Source: Squalus acanthias (lineage: Eukaryota). From it: DNA of 64,000 nucleotides. The stretch spans positions 24,180,001 to 24,244,000 of the forward strand of contig CM059431.1 of assembly GCA_030390025.1 (NCBI GenBank), written 5' to 3'. Below the pieces are notes generated by a model. The model worked only from the letters and a program-made list of their open reading frames with translations, made no database searches and was not told the DNA's origin. The translations under genes and the position numbers were made by a program. Shown in pieces: positions 46,941 through 59,290 of the stretch (position 1 is the stretch's first letter; each line of letters starts with the position of its first letter).

Positions 46941-47951
46941 ACAGTATAGAAAAATGTGAACAGATATGTGTTGCAGGGCAAAGTGGTCTTGCATTTTAAA
47001 ATCTATTTACAGATTATTGAACCCATTAACTGCCTCTTTATGAAAGTGGTTAACGTATATCTACTCTTGAGCTCTATCTGCTTTCTCCTCTCTCCTCTCG
47101 TCAGTCCTATAAAAGAGTGCTGTCTTCCTGACCATGACAGTAATGCACTTATTATTTGCTTTCAGATGCTGAACGACTTGCTGTGTATTTCCAGCATTTT
47201 CTGCTCTTATTTCACATTTTTTTGCATTTGCAGTTTTTCTTTTTACCTTTTGGGACACAGTGAGGCAATGGGCAATAGCGAATTGGCAGCCCGATTTACA
47301 TTCTGTCTGAAAAAGAAAATCAGCCAGGGTGTAAAATGGACTGCTGCTTCGCTATCACCTGTTTTGCGCTACTGACCAAGGCCAATTTCACCCTCATTCA
47401 GTCTAAGTTATTCAGTTTGAAGTTGTATCACCAGCAACTTAATCAGTGCTGCTGTACTAGAGACTGGAATTATAATCACTTCAGAAGGCAGTTCTTAGTG
47501 ATATACTGATGTGAGCCTATATCAATCTCCATCATGTCCCATCAAAAGGTTTCTCATTTTTTACTGTGTAAAGATTCTTAGTAAGTTAACAGATATGAAA
47601 ATACCATGGGGAGTGAATAGTTTTTGTACTTTGACTGATGTAGCTCTTTTCTCCTATAATTCTCTCTCTTTATGAGTCTTGTTCTAAGGCAATTGCTGAT
47701 GCCGCAGTATGGCTCCAATGGCACCCTTTAACACATTGCACAAGTGGCCATTCTTCCTGTAAGAACTGGACAGCAAGTGTCGGGTGCTGTTTCACTACAG
47801 AGGAACATCACAGCTGAACCGGATTCTACACTCACTCAATGGCCACAGAGCTCAATTTCCAGCAAGGGCTACTCGACAGCAATCAGGAGTGGCAACCCTT
47901 GCTGATTCTTCCCCTACCTACCTGGAGAACAAAGAGACTAACTGCTTATTA

Positions 47952-48314
47952 CAGGAAACTCTTTATTAACCGGCACCGACGGGACCGGCGTGGTGCCGGT
48001 TAATCAAAAAGTCCGGATAATGGAGAGTTATATCTCCCAACGTACGAGAGCCCCGTACACATTGACATGCGCCTGCATTCGGAGCTCCGTCTCCCCGGGA
48101 ACCGCCAGCTGACCATCTGTCGTGTCCGCTGCCTACCCGAGCTGCACATTCCCCTCCCAATCTACACGCTCCGATACAAGGCAAACGCCTCGGGTTTTTT
48201 TTAAAGTTAATTTTAAACGAGAGATGAAGGAAAACCCCGGTTACCTACTCAAGAATTTTGCCGGTTAAGAGAGATTTCCGGATATTTGGGTGCCGGTTAA
48301 TAAAGAGTTTCCTG
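47952..48314. mobile_element. Tc1/mariner-pogo (Tigger-like) MITE
   Basis: 26-bp perfect TIR caggaaactctttattaaccggcacc / ggtgccggttaataaagagtttcctg, TA on both sides; inserted in a SINE A copy. Confidence 0.9.
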
Positions 48315-48559
48315 TATGCTGTTGAGATCCGCTATCTCAGCACAGGAATAGAACCTGGGCCCATCTGGCTCAGTGTCACAGCATACAGTATCCACTGAAT
48401 TATCAGGGGCATGTGTGGCAAAGCAATTTCCAGCTTTTAAATTTTGTTTACACTGTTCCAGTGTGGAAAAGCAATTCACTAATGCCATGACTATACTTGT
48501 GGACATCAGTAAAATCAACTCCAAAATAGAATGCAATTTGACATCTGATAAACAGCATA

Positions 48560-48910
48560 TCCAGTGCAGTGCTGAGGGAGTGCTTCACTGTCAGAAGTGC
48601 CGTCTTTCAGATGAGACGTTAAACCGAGGTCCCGTCTGCCCTCTCAGGGACCATGGCACTATTCAAAGAAGAGCAGGGGAGTTTTCCTGGTGTCCTGGCC
48701 AATATTTATCCCTCAACCAACAACACTAAAACAGATTATCTGGTTGCTATGTCATTGCTGTTTGTGGGACCATGCTGTCCGCAAATAGGTTTACGCGTTT
48801 CCTATATTACAACAGTGACTACTCTTAAGAAGTATTTCATTAGCTGTAAAGCGCTTTGGGGTGTTCTGATGTCGTGGAAAGCGATGCATGAATGCAAGTT
48901 CTTTCTTTTC
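48560..48910 (+). mobile_element. Deu-domain SINE
   Basis: Co-linear with 44479-44806. Confidence 0.85.
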
Positions 48911-48990
48911 TTTATAATCCAGACAAACAGTATATGTGTGAATCATGCACGTGAGCAGTTATCCACTATTGCCAAATTCAGCCTATGGTA

Positions 48991-49390
48991 CAGGAAACTT
49001 TTGTTTATCCGGCACCCAAATATCCGGAATTCTCGCTTAACCGGCAAAAATCATCCTCCGAAAACTCCTCTCAAATAACCGGCAATGTTGCCGAGTCGCA
49101 GTCGAGTCTCCGCGAACGCCGAGTACTCCGAAAACTCCTCTCAAATAACCGGCAATGTTGCCGATCCCAAGTCCGAGTCCGCGAACGCCGATTTAGTCAG
49201 TAGGGGTAGTTTTCAAAAGTGCCACTACTCGGCCTCCTGGCGCTGTCGGAAGTATACTGCACATTTCTTGATTTATTTATTTTTCTTTGTTAAAAATAGC
49301 CTCGGTAGATATAACTCTCCGTTATCCGGTACTTTCGATAAACCGGCACCACGCCAGTCCCGTCGGTGCCGGTTAATAAAGAGTTTCCTG
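48991..49390. mobile_element. Tigger-like MITE, related to 47952-48314, opposite orientation
   Basis: TIR caggaaacttttgtttatccggcacc / ggtgccggttaataaagagtttcctg, TA TSD; internal ~70-bp-period duplication. Confidence 0.88.
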
Positions 49391-50197
49391 TATAACAATG
49401 GAAGTGATTTGGTGCTACCAGAGCCGAGTGTACCACCTGAAAAGTAAACTCAGACCTGTGTAGTATTTGAGCGAGAAAGTTTGAGTAGTAAGCCCTGACA
49501 TTTAAACCCATAATGATCTGTTTGGAAAGCAGGCATCTTACTATACACCATCATTCATGAGGGTGTTGGTTTCTACTTTTGGTGAAAATTAGTCTTGTTG
49601 AAAAGCTAAATTCATGTGCTTTTCCGATTTTACTGCAATGCAGTTAAGATTGACCAATGGAGAAGCAAGTGGCTTTTTAGCATACATTGGCATGTTGATG
49701 GCTGTTTGTCATACAGTATATTTAAATCAGTTTGTACAGTTTATGACCATTGGCCTGACCTCTGTCCTTTCTGACAACCTTCAGTACTAGCAGTGAAAGA
49801 CTAATTTCCTCTGAATTATTCTAGATGCTACTGAATACACCAAACTTGCAATAGTCAATGAGACAAAATGATCGTTACCTGCTGACTCAAGTTCCATCAA
49901 TAAAGGGGAAAAAAATCACTTCAATCAGAGAGTCATTACAGTATCTAAGCCACCTGTCCAATTATTGTAATGACAATTTAATTGCTGTTTTGGTTTGCAG
50001 AGTTAAGTATTTAAATTGTTTTCAATGTGAATTGATCTTATGGATGAGAACAAAGCAAAATCCAAAATGGATATGCAGCTGTACTCTTATTACATTCACA
50101 ATTTTAAATACAATGTAAATAACTGACAGTTAAAAGTAAATGCTATTTCACGCAACAAATTAGGAAGTTTTTTTCCAATGACTACAATTCACTTGCA

Positions 50198-50560
50198 AGA
50201 AAGAACTTGCATTTGTGGATTGTCTTTCACGTCCTCAGGAGCTCCCGTAGCCAATGAAGTACTTCTGAAGTGCAGACAAAAAATGAGGTAAATGATCAGT
50301 TACTCTGTTTTAGTGGTGCTGTCTGAGGAATAAAATGTTGGCCAAGACACTGGGGGAATTCTCTGTTATTCTTCAAATATGCAATTAGCTCTTTTAAATC
50401 CACCTGAAGAAGCAGACTGTTTACAGTCGGATCCAAAAGATGACACCTCCAACAATGCAGCACTCCCTTTACTAGCCTAAATTGTGTGCTCAAGTCCTGG
50501 AATGTGGCTTGATCCCATAACCTTGAGTGGAGACGAGAGTGTGACCATTGAGCCGAGCTG
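50198..50560 (-). mobile_element. Deu-domain SINE, decayed
   Basis: Reverse-complement match (gaacttgcattt...agccaatgaagtactt...aaaagatgacacctccaacaatgcagcactcc). Confidence 0.75.
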
Positions 50561-51055
50561 ACATTAGTAACTAAATCAACCTTATCAAAAGGTCAGCAAA
50601 TCTTGGCTCGGGTGGAAGTGGGCTATGGAAGGAAAACTCAGTCAGAGATTTCACTACTGACCTTTGCTGGAAAGTGCAGGTCAGGATGAAATGATCCAAA
50701 ATGTGGGTAGCCACCACAATATATGATATGATTTAAGATCCAACTAGGAAGGGAAAAAGTTAGTACAAAAACTAGAACAGCAGATTGGATTAGGGCATAT
50801 TTCAGATAAATGAGTAAGCTAGCTGAGGTGAAGTGGAAGGAGAAACTGGCACACAGAACTGTAAAGCAGCAGTGGGATATGTTTAAGGAAGAGAATGCAA
50901 AGATAGTGAAGAAGTATATTCCATTAAAAAAGGTTACTACTAGGAGTTTCAGGATGCCATGGATAAATAAAGAGGTTGGAAACCAATTAAAATTGAAGGC
51001 GGCAGCTTCACATGAGTTTTCACTAAAGAGGATGTCGGCAAGTACACGACTGCAA

Positions 51056-51080
51056 GTTGTTGTTGTTGTTGTTGTTGTTG
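51056..51080. repeat. (GTT)n microsatellite
   Basis: 8 perfect GTT units. Confidence 0.9.
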
Positions 51081-51529
51081 GGTGAGGACAGGATCAAGCT
51101 TGGCTGTGATACTTTCCACATTTGTAAAATAGATACTATCCTTACTGCAAACCTACTTACAGAACAATGGATTAAAAGCTGCAGATTTAAAAATTACTTC
51201 TTTTACATAAATATGATACATGAAAGAAATATGATACATGTACTATTAGAATCTGTAGTGGAATTTAAACATCTCGAGTATGTGGGAAAATAGAACCACC
51301 AGTTCAATTAAAGGTTTAAAAGTACTAGGAGGATTTAGATGCCAGGACTATTTATGTAAACAACAGGATTCATTTTGCACTAAATTACTGGAAGGCATAA
51401 CTTTTTTTTTAACACCAGGAATGAGAATTTAAATCCAATTATTTTTGTTTGGAAAACATGTGAACACCACTAACTTAACCAACATTAAACTTACTCTTGA
51501 GCAAATAAACGCAGTTGGAATTTCTTTTA

Positions 51530-52470
51530 ATTCATTATCGGGATATGGGCGTCACTACCAAGGCCAGCATTTATTGTCCATCCCTAGTTGCCCTTGGGAA
51601 GGTGGTGGTGAGCCGCCTTCTTGAAGCGATGCAGTCCATGTGGTGAAGGTACTCACACAATGCGATTAGGTAGAGAGTTACAGGATTTTGACTCAGCGAC
51701 AATGAATGAACCAAGTCAAGATGGTCGGGAACTTGGAGGTGATGGTGTTCCCACGCACCCGCTGCTCTTGTCCTTCTAGGTGGTGAAGATTGTGGATTTG
51801 GGAGGTGTTGCGGAGAAGCGTTGACGAGTTGCTGCAGTGCATCTTGTAGATAGTACACACAGCAGCCATGCTACACCGGTAGTGGGGGGAGTGGATGTTT
51901 AAGGTAGTGGATGGTGTGCCAATCAAGCAGACTGCTTTGTCCTGGATGGCGTCGAGCTTCTTACGTGTTCTTGCAGCTGCACCCATCCAGGTAAGTGGAG
52001 AGTATTCCATCACACTCCTGACTTCTGCCCTGTAGGTGGTGGAGAGGCTTTGGGGATGGATGGGAGTCACATACCCTAGAATACCCAGCCGCTGACATGC
52101 TGAAGTGGCAACGGCATTTATGTGGCTGGACCAGTTGAGTTTTGGGTCAGGATGTTGACAGTGGGGAGTTCAGCAATGGTAATGCCATTGACTGTGAAGG
52201 CGAGGTGGTTATGACCTCTCTTGTTGGAGTTGGTCATTGCCTGGCACTCGTGTGGCGCGAATGCTACTTGCCACTTATACGCACAAGCTTGGATGTTATC
52301 CGGGTCTTGCTGCATGCAGGCATGAACTGTTCTATTAACTGAAGAATTGTGAATGGAGTTGAACACTGTGCAATGATCAGCGAACAGCCCCACTTGACCT
52401 TATGATGGAGGGAGTGTTATTGATCAAGCAGCAGAGGATAGTTTGGCCTAGGTGCTGCCATGAGGAAATC
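51530..52470 (-). mobile_element. Divergent CR1-group LINE 3' part (Zenon/L2B-like C-terminus)
   Basis: LFADHCTVF, KWQVAFAPHEC, RSVMEYSPLTWMGAA...LDAIQDKAVCLIG. Confidence 0.85.
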
Positions 52471-52585
52471 CTGCAGTTATGTTTTGGAGCTGCATGGAGT
52501 TCCTCAGGGCATTTAAAGCATTACAAAGATATTGCAAGTTGGTTTCATAGTCACAGTGAACTACGGACTAGGAAAGAGGGAAGGA

Positions 52586-53037
52586 AGTAAGTTATGATGA
52601 ACCTGTATAAAACACTGGTTCGGCCTCAACTGGAGTATTGTGTCCAATTCTGGGCACTGTACTTTAGGAAGGATGTGAAGGCCTTAGAGAGGTGCAGAAA
52701 AGATTTATGAGAATGTTTCCAGGGATGAGGGGCTTCAGTTACGTGGATTGACTGGAGAAGCTGGGGTTGTTCTCCTTCGAGCAGAGAAGGTTGAGAGGAG
52801 ATTTGATAGTGTTCAAAATCATGATGGGTCTAGACAGAGTAGATAGAGAGAAACTGTTCCCATTGGCGGAAGGGTCAAGAACCAGAGGACACAGATTAAA
52901 GGTGATTGGCAGAAGAACCAAAGGCGACATGAGGAAAAACATTTTTACGCAGCGAGTGGTTATGATCTGGAATGCACTGCCTGAAAGGGTGGTGGAGGCA
53001 GCTTCAATCGTGGCTTTCAAAAGGGAATTGGAGAAGT
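52586..53037 (+). mobile_element. CR1 3' fragment (28672 subfamily)
   Basis: RRLRGDLI...EGSRTRGHRLK...FTQRVVMIWNALP. Confidence 0.88.
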
Positions 53038-53044
53038 ACCATTT

Positions 53045-55150
53045 TTTGTATTCATTCATGGGATGTGGGTGTCACTGGCAAGGCCAGCATTTATTGCCCA
53101 TCCCTAATTACCCTTGAGAAGGTGGTGAACCGCCTTCTTGAACCACTGCAGTCCGTGTGGTGAAGGTACTCCCACAGTGCTGTTAGGGAGGGAGTTCCAG
53201 GACTTTGACCTAGCGACGATGAAGAAACAGCGATATATTTCCAAGTCAGGATGATGTGTAACTTGGAGGGGAACTTGCAGGTGATGGTGTTCCCATGCGC
53301 CTGCTGCCCTTGTCCTTCTAGGTGGTAGAGGTTGCGGGTTTGAGAGGTGCTGCCGAAGAAGCCTTGGTGAGTTGCTGCAGTGCATCTTGTAGATGGTACA
53401 CACTGCAGCCACAGTGTGCCGGTGGTGGAGGGAGTGAATGTTTAAGGTGGTGGATGAGGTGCCAATCAAACGGGCTGCTTTGTCCTGGATGGTGTCGAGC
53501 TTCTTGAGTGTTGTTGGAGCTGCACTCATCCAGGCAAGCGGAGAGTATTCCATCACACTCCTGTGCCTTGTAGATGGTGGAAAGGCTTTGGGGAGTAAGG
53601 AGGTGCGACACTCGCCGCAGAATACCCAGCCTCTGACCTGCTCTTGTCGCCACAGTGTTTATGTGGCTGGTCCAGTTAAGTTTCTGGTCAATGGTTACCC
53701 CCAGGATATTGATGGTGGGGGATTCGGCGATGTTAACACTGCTGAATGTCAAAGGGCAGTGGTTAGACTCTCGCTTGTTGGAGATAGTCATTGCCTGGCA
53801 CTTGTGTGGCGCGAATGTTACTTGCCACTTATCAGCCCAAGCCTGAATGTCATCCAAATCTTGCTGCATGCGGGCATGGACTGCTTCATTATCTGAGGAG
53901 TTGCGAATGGCACTGAACACTGTGCAATCATCAACGAACATCTCCACTTCTGACCTTATGATGGAAGGAAGGTCATTGATGAAGCAGCTGAAGATGGTTG
54001 GGCCTAGGACACTGCCCTGAGGAACTCTTGCAGCGATGTTCTGGGGCTGAGATGATTGAGCTCCAACAACCACCTTCCTTTGTGCTAGGTATGACTCCAG
54101 CCAGTGCAGAGTTCTTCCCCCGATTCCCATTGACTTCAATTTTACTAGGGCTCCTTGATGCCACACCCGGTCAAATGCTGCCTTGACGTCAAGGGCAGTC
54201 ACTCTCACCTCACCTCTGGAATTCAGCTCTTTTGTCCATGTTTGGATCAAGTCTGTAATGAGGTCGGAACCCAAACTGCGCATCGGTGAGCAGGTTATTG
54301 GTGAGTAAGTGCCACTTGATAGCACTGCGAACGACACCTTCCATCACTTTGCTGATGATTGAGTGTAGACTGATGGGGCGGTAATTGGCCGGATTAAATT
54401 TGTCCTGCTTTTTGTGGACAGGACATATTGTCGGGTAGATGCCAGTGTTGCAGCTGTACTGGAACAGCTTGGCTAGAGGTGCGGCTAGTTCTAGAGCACA
54501 AGTCTTCAGCACGACAGCCGGGATGTTGTCGGGGCCCATAGGCTTTGCTGTATCCAGTGCGCTCAGCCGTTTTGATATCACGTAGGGTGAAGCGAATTGG
54601 CTGAAGACTGGCTTCTGTGATGGTGGGGACCTCAGGAGAAGGCCAGTATGGATCATCCACTCAGCACTTCTGGCTGAAGATGGTTGCCAACATTTCAGCC
54701 TTGTCTTTTGCACTCACGTGCTGGGCTTCGCCATCATTGAGGATGGGGATATTCATGAAGCCGCCTCCGCCTCCTGTTAGTTGTTTAATCGTCCACCACC
54801 ATTCACGACTGGATGTGGCAGGACTGCAGAGCTTTGATCGGATCCATTGATCCGTTGCTTAGCTCTGTTTATAGCATGCTGCTTCCACCAAGCTTCCCCA
54901 GGTTGGCACCTCATTTTGAGATATGCCTGGTGCTGCTCCTGGCATGCTCTTCTACACTCCTCATTGAACCCGGGTTGGTCCCCTGGCTTGATGGTAATGG
55001 TAGAGTAAGGGATATGCCAGGCCATGGGGTTACAGATTGTGGTGGAATACAATTCTGCTGCTGCTGATGGCCCACAGCGCCTCATGGATGCCCAGTTTTG
55101 AGTTGCTAGATTTGTTCTGAATCTATCCCATTTAGCACAGTGGTAGTGCC
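53045..55150 (-). mobile_element. Divergent CR1-group LINE (Zenon/L2B-like), frameshifted RT
   Basis: KPMGPDNIP, NYRPISL, LDVKAAFDRVWH, VPQGSVLGP, FVDDCT, MEYSPLAWMSAA..LDTIQDKAARLIG..SLHHRHTVAA. Confidence 0.9.
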
Positions 55151-55654
55151 ACACAACACAATGGAGGGTGTTCTGCTTTGAAGGAAAAAAATTTGCAGGG
55201 CTACGGGGAAAGGGCAGGGGAGTGGGACTAGCTGAGGTGCTCTTGCAGAGAGCCGGCACGGGCTCGACGGGCTGAATGGCCTCCTTCTGAGCTGTAACCA
55301 TTCTAATGATTCTATGAAAATTCAGGCGGGGCGCCCAGTCCAGATTAGTATCCAGTGCCTCCTGGTGTATATTGCATGAAGACAGGTTCAATTTCACTAA
55401 TGCCCTCCATGGTTGAATAGCATGCTGATACTCATTGTCTAAGTTCACATGTGAATTAAGGCCACTTGAGAGAGGTGCCTCAATGCAGCTGATGCAGCTG
55501 TACCCCAACATAAGTTACAACTCTCAGGGAGGATGGTAGAAAATGGGGCAGGGAACAGGAACACCACCGTACAGTATGACATTGTGAAGTTTGGTCACGT
55601 CTTTAAGTTCACTGTGGTGAAAATGCTTCAAACTTACAAGTTATATGGATGGAG

Positions 55655-55930
55655 ATAACTACAGCAGGCGCATGGGAACACCACCACCTGCAAGGTCCCC
55701 TCCAAGACATACACCATCCTGACTTGGAAATATATCGCCGGTCCTTCATTGTCGCTGGGTCAAAATCCTGGAACTCCCTCCCCAACACCACCACCCTGGG
55801 AGTATCTTCACCACACGGACCTGCAGCGGTTCAAGAAGGCGGTTCACCACCACCACCTTCTCAAAGGCAATTAGGGATGGGCAATTAATGCTGGCCTTGC
55901 CAGCGATGCCCACATCCCGAAAATAAATAT
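55655..55930 (+). mobile_element. 3' end of the same divergent LINE family, opposite orientation
   Basis: AGAWEHHHLQ...KSWNSLPN and tail tagggatgggcaattaatgctggccttgccagcgatgcccacatccc. Confidence 0.85.
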
Positions 55931-55972
55931 ATTAAAAAAAGTTTTTGGTGGAGGGAAGAATTGTAACTTAAT

Positions 55973-56722
55973 GGGCCGGATATTCCGATCCCTACGGGTG
56001 GGTACGCGCAGTGCACCCACGCGTAGGGACATCGGAAATGCCAGTTTCAGGCATGCACTGCGCATGCGCTGGAAACCGGCATTTCCGATCTGTCAAGAAA
56101 GCTCTTGACAGAGCCTCCGGCTGCACTGGAGAAGGGCCTCTGCGAGCGGATAGTTCCACTTTTTGGAGACCTTCCGCCCGCAGAAAACACTTACAATTCT
56201 TGCACCTGGTAAAAGCAGGCGTAAGGCCTGCTTTTACCAGGATAAGAGTTGAAAAAAAGTAAAAAAAAATTCCACTGATTTATCATTTAAAAATACTTTA
56301 AAGAAAGGTAAGTTTATTTTTAGCTCCGTTAAATACTTTAATTATCTTTTTCAAAAATTAAATTTTTTGTTTAAAAGTTAATTTATGTAATTTCAAGTCA
56401 TTTAAATTTTTTTAATTTTTTTTTATTTATTTGAAGTTTTACTATGTTTTGGGGGTGATCTCCATTCATATATTTGACAGGTCTTCCTGTCAAGTGTATG
56501 AAGGGAGATTCCCTTCTCTGATTGGCTCCCCATGGCCCACGTGATCCCAGGGACGCTGCGAACCACCTGCGCCTCTGGGATACGTGGGCCCTGCGCACCG
56601 GCAGTTTGGAGAGGCCCAGCAACGGAACTGTGCGCCTCCTGGGAGCCCTCAGGTCAGGGCGCAGATTTTTCCAGATCGCAGCCCTCCGCCCGCGGGAGGC
56701 CTACGATCGGAATATCTGGGCC
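55973..56722. mobile_element. Non-autonomous Harbinger-type element with multi-hairpin interior
   Basis: TIR gggccggatattccgatc / gatcggaatatctgggcc, flanks AAT/ATT; homologous to 60408-61140. Confidence 0.85.
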
Positions 56723-57419
56723 ATTACTTTAAAGTTTACATTATGAAATCCTGTCAGAAGAAATTGTAGTAGGAAAGTCCCCGATAACCTTCAAAGGAGG
56801 TGAACTATTGCAGGAATTCAGTTAACAGGGGAAGTAGGTTGGTTTTACAATCTGAAGATAAACAGGGGTAGACCTTCATAAATAAAATGCCTGTCTAAAT
56901 CTGATAACATTGCTACATCCTGTACGTCATATTTTGAATGGTTATAATACATAAATAACTATCGCCTAGATCAAAAAAAACTAAGTGGTGATAAAATACC
57001 AGTTATGTTTCTAGATGAACAATCTTACCAAGAGTAAGAAGCAATAGTAATGAGAAAATTAAGAGCAAATAATGGCCAGACAACAAATGCAGCAGTGAAA
57101 TAAAGGATCCTGCCCTATGAAAACATAACGTCTGATAACACTGAATAATTTATTTTTAAGATAGTGTGGAACCAAACACAAATATCAGTTTTAAAAAGAA
57201 AAGGTCTCAATAAAGATAAAACAGCCATGGCCAGTGCGAGTAAACAGGTTCGTGCCCAATGACTCCCAACATCACAACGTCTGCCAATCAAGGTGGGTGT
57301 GGAGTGAGGTGAGGGAGAGGGGGAAATACTGGAGGCCAGGAATCCATGCCAGTTTCACACACTTGCTAGTGTTGAGTTATAAAGTGATAGAGTGATAGTA
57401 CGAGAATGGATGAAACTTG

Positions 57420-57668
57420 TTTCTTAACTTGTCCCATTACCTCTCCTTTTGCCTCGCACCATCATCCCTTTTGTCAGTCAATCTCTCTTGCCTTCCATCT
57501 TATCACAGACCTTCCCTTTGTTCATTCCTCCCCTCCTCCAAAATCTCTCTTTTCTAACCTTTTCCAGTTCCGACGAAGGGTCCCCGACTCGAAACGTTGA
57601 CTCTGTTTCTCTCTCCTCGATGTTGCCTGATCTGCTGAGTGTTTCCAGCATTTTCTGTTGTTATTTCT
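57420..57668 (+). mobile_element. Second Penelope-like pLTR family with mutated hammerhead core
   Basis: Pyrimidine-rich leader then agtt-CCGACGA-a-gggtc(ccc)gactc-GAAA-cgTT-gact, followed by gatgttgcctgatctgctgagtgtttccagcattttctg; a decayed relative lies at ~47075-47250. Confidence 0.7.
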
Positions 57669-58349
57669 GGAGTACTCCAGCCTGGCTCACTATTATGCAC
57701 AGGATTGCTGCTAGAGTTTACTCAGTTAAAACCATGCAGCTTACCAGCAAAGAGCACTGATCAGCTTTCCAATGCTTGTTGATCCAGGACTACTCTACCA
57801 GTTAGGTAGTGACTGCAGGATTATATGGAACCAAGTGGAAAGAATTTCATCCCCAATCAAAGTTCTACCAATTTAGGTTCCATTAATGGTCTAGGCTAAC
57901 TGGTCAATCATCAACAGGGCCTTACGAGTGCTACAGACCTGCGAGGCAAGTCTACCAGAGTGTTGATTTAGTTCCAAATTTCCATCGCCAGCCATGCCCT
58001 TTTGGAGCCATCTCCACCCCAAATAGACACCCTTTGACTTTTCCTGACCTTCTCCAGGAGGATAACCATATTCTTTCACCATTTCCTAGTCAAGGGTGGG
58101 CAGCTCATCTGTTCTCATGCTTCTATCACTTAATAATCCAAAGCCAAAATGTGAGAGAGACTAGCATGGATTGCTGTCCTCTAGTATTCGCCTCTTTCCC
58201 TCACTTTAGTCCATAGCACCTTGATTAGCAAGCTTTTTCTATGTTAAGAGTCACGGGCACTAATGTGTTTACTATCACTGGGCATGATTGTTCAATAGTG
58301 ATAGAGACATGTACTTTATATTTTTAAAAATAATTGGAGTTCACAATAT

Positions 58350-58705
58350 ATTGGCTCAGTCAGTTAACAGTCTCGACTCTGAGTTAGGAGATCGTGAGTT
58401 CAAGTTCCAAGCCAGGATTTGAGCATATAATCTAGGTGAACACTTTAGTCCTGTACTGAGGGAGTGCTGCACATCAGAGGTGCCATCATTTGGATGACAT
58501 GGTAAACCAATATTCAGTCTCTTTGTTCAGGTAGCATTACTCAAAGAACAACAGGAAGTTCTTCCAATGTTCCGGCCATCACTCATCACCAAAACAGATT
58601 AACTGGTCATTTATTTGTGGAACCTTGGTGTGTTGAAATTGGTTGCTGCATTTGCCTATATAGCAACAATGGCTGCACTTCAAAAAAATAATTAATTGGC
58701 TGCAA
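58350..58705 (+). mobile_element. Deu-domain SINE with tRNA-like head, decayed
   Basis: tggctcagtc..gagttcaagt head, tactgagggagtgctgcac..gaggtgcc body. Confidence 0.75.
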
Positions 58706-58919
58706 ATTTTGGGGTTAGATAGAACCCATGACATTGCAAATTTTGCATAATTCATTCAAAGGAGAAGGTTCGACAAGCCAAATGACCTTTACTAGTTTGG
58801 TTTTGTCATTTTAAGTACAAACATATGTTTTCCTCAAAAAATTAATTCTTCCATCACTGTTGACATTTCATGTTTATTTATTAGGAACACTGTTGAATAT
58901 TTGCCAGTGGCAAATACTC

Positions 58920-59290
58920 TGTCCAGTGTGGAACTGAGCCATATAGGTCAAGAAATTTCCAGGTTTGATACCCTATATATGCTAAGTAAGCTGATTTGAA
59001 TCAGGGCAACAGCAAGGTACTAGAATTGGCTTCAGCATCCCCAGGTTAGGAGGAAGAGGGAAGGAAAATCAGTCAAGTGTCTTGTTCTTCATTGCTATCT
59101 AGTGACCACCTACTGGGAAGTGCATCTATGTTGATGCTGGGTGAGGATAATTTTGGACTCAACTTCACGTTTAAATAGCCTAACACTCACTGCCCCACTC
59201 ACATGAAGAATGGTCATTTAAGCAAGGTACCAGAGAGCAGATGATCCCATTAGAATCATGCTCCAACTTAAGCCATCATCTTAAGGGGGT
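58920..59290 (+). mobile_element. SINE family A copy
   Basis: ccaggtttgataccc head and shared body. Confidence 0.6.

Noticed and set aside
54777-55511. 244-aa ORF
   Set aside because: Fortuitous fusion of flank, an antisense CR1 tail (55170-55315) and part of the divergent LINE ORF
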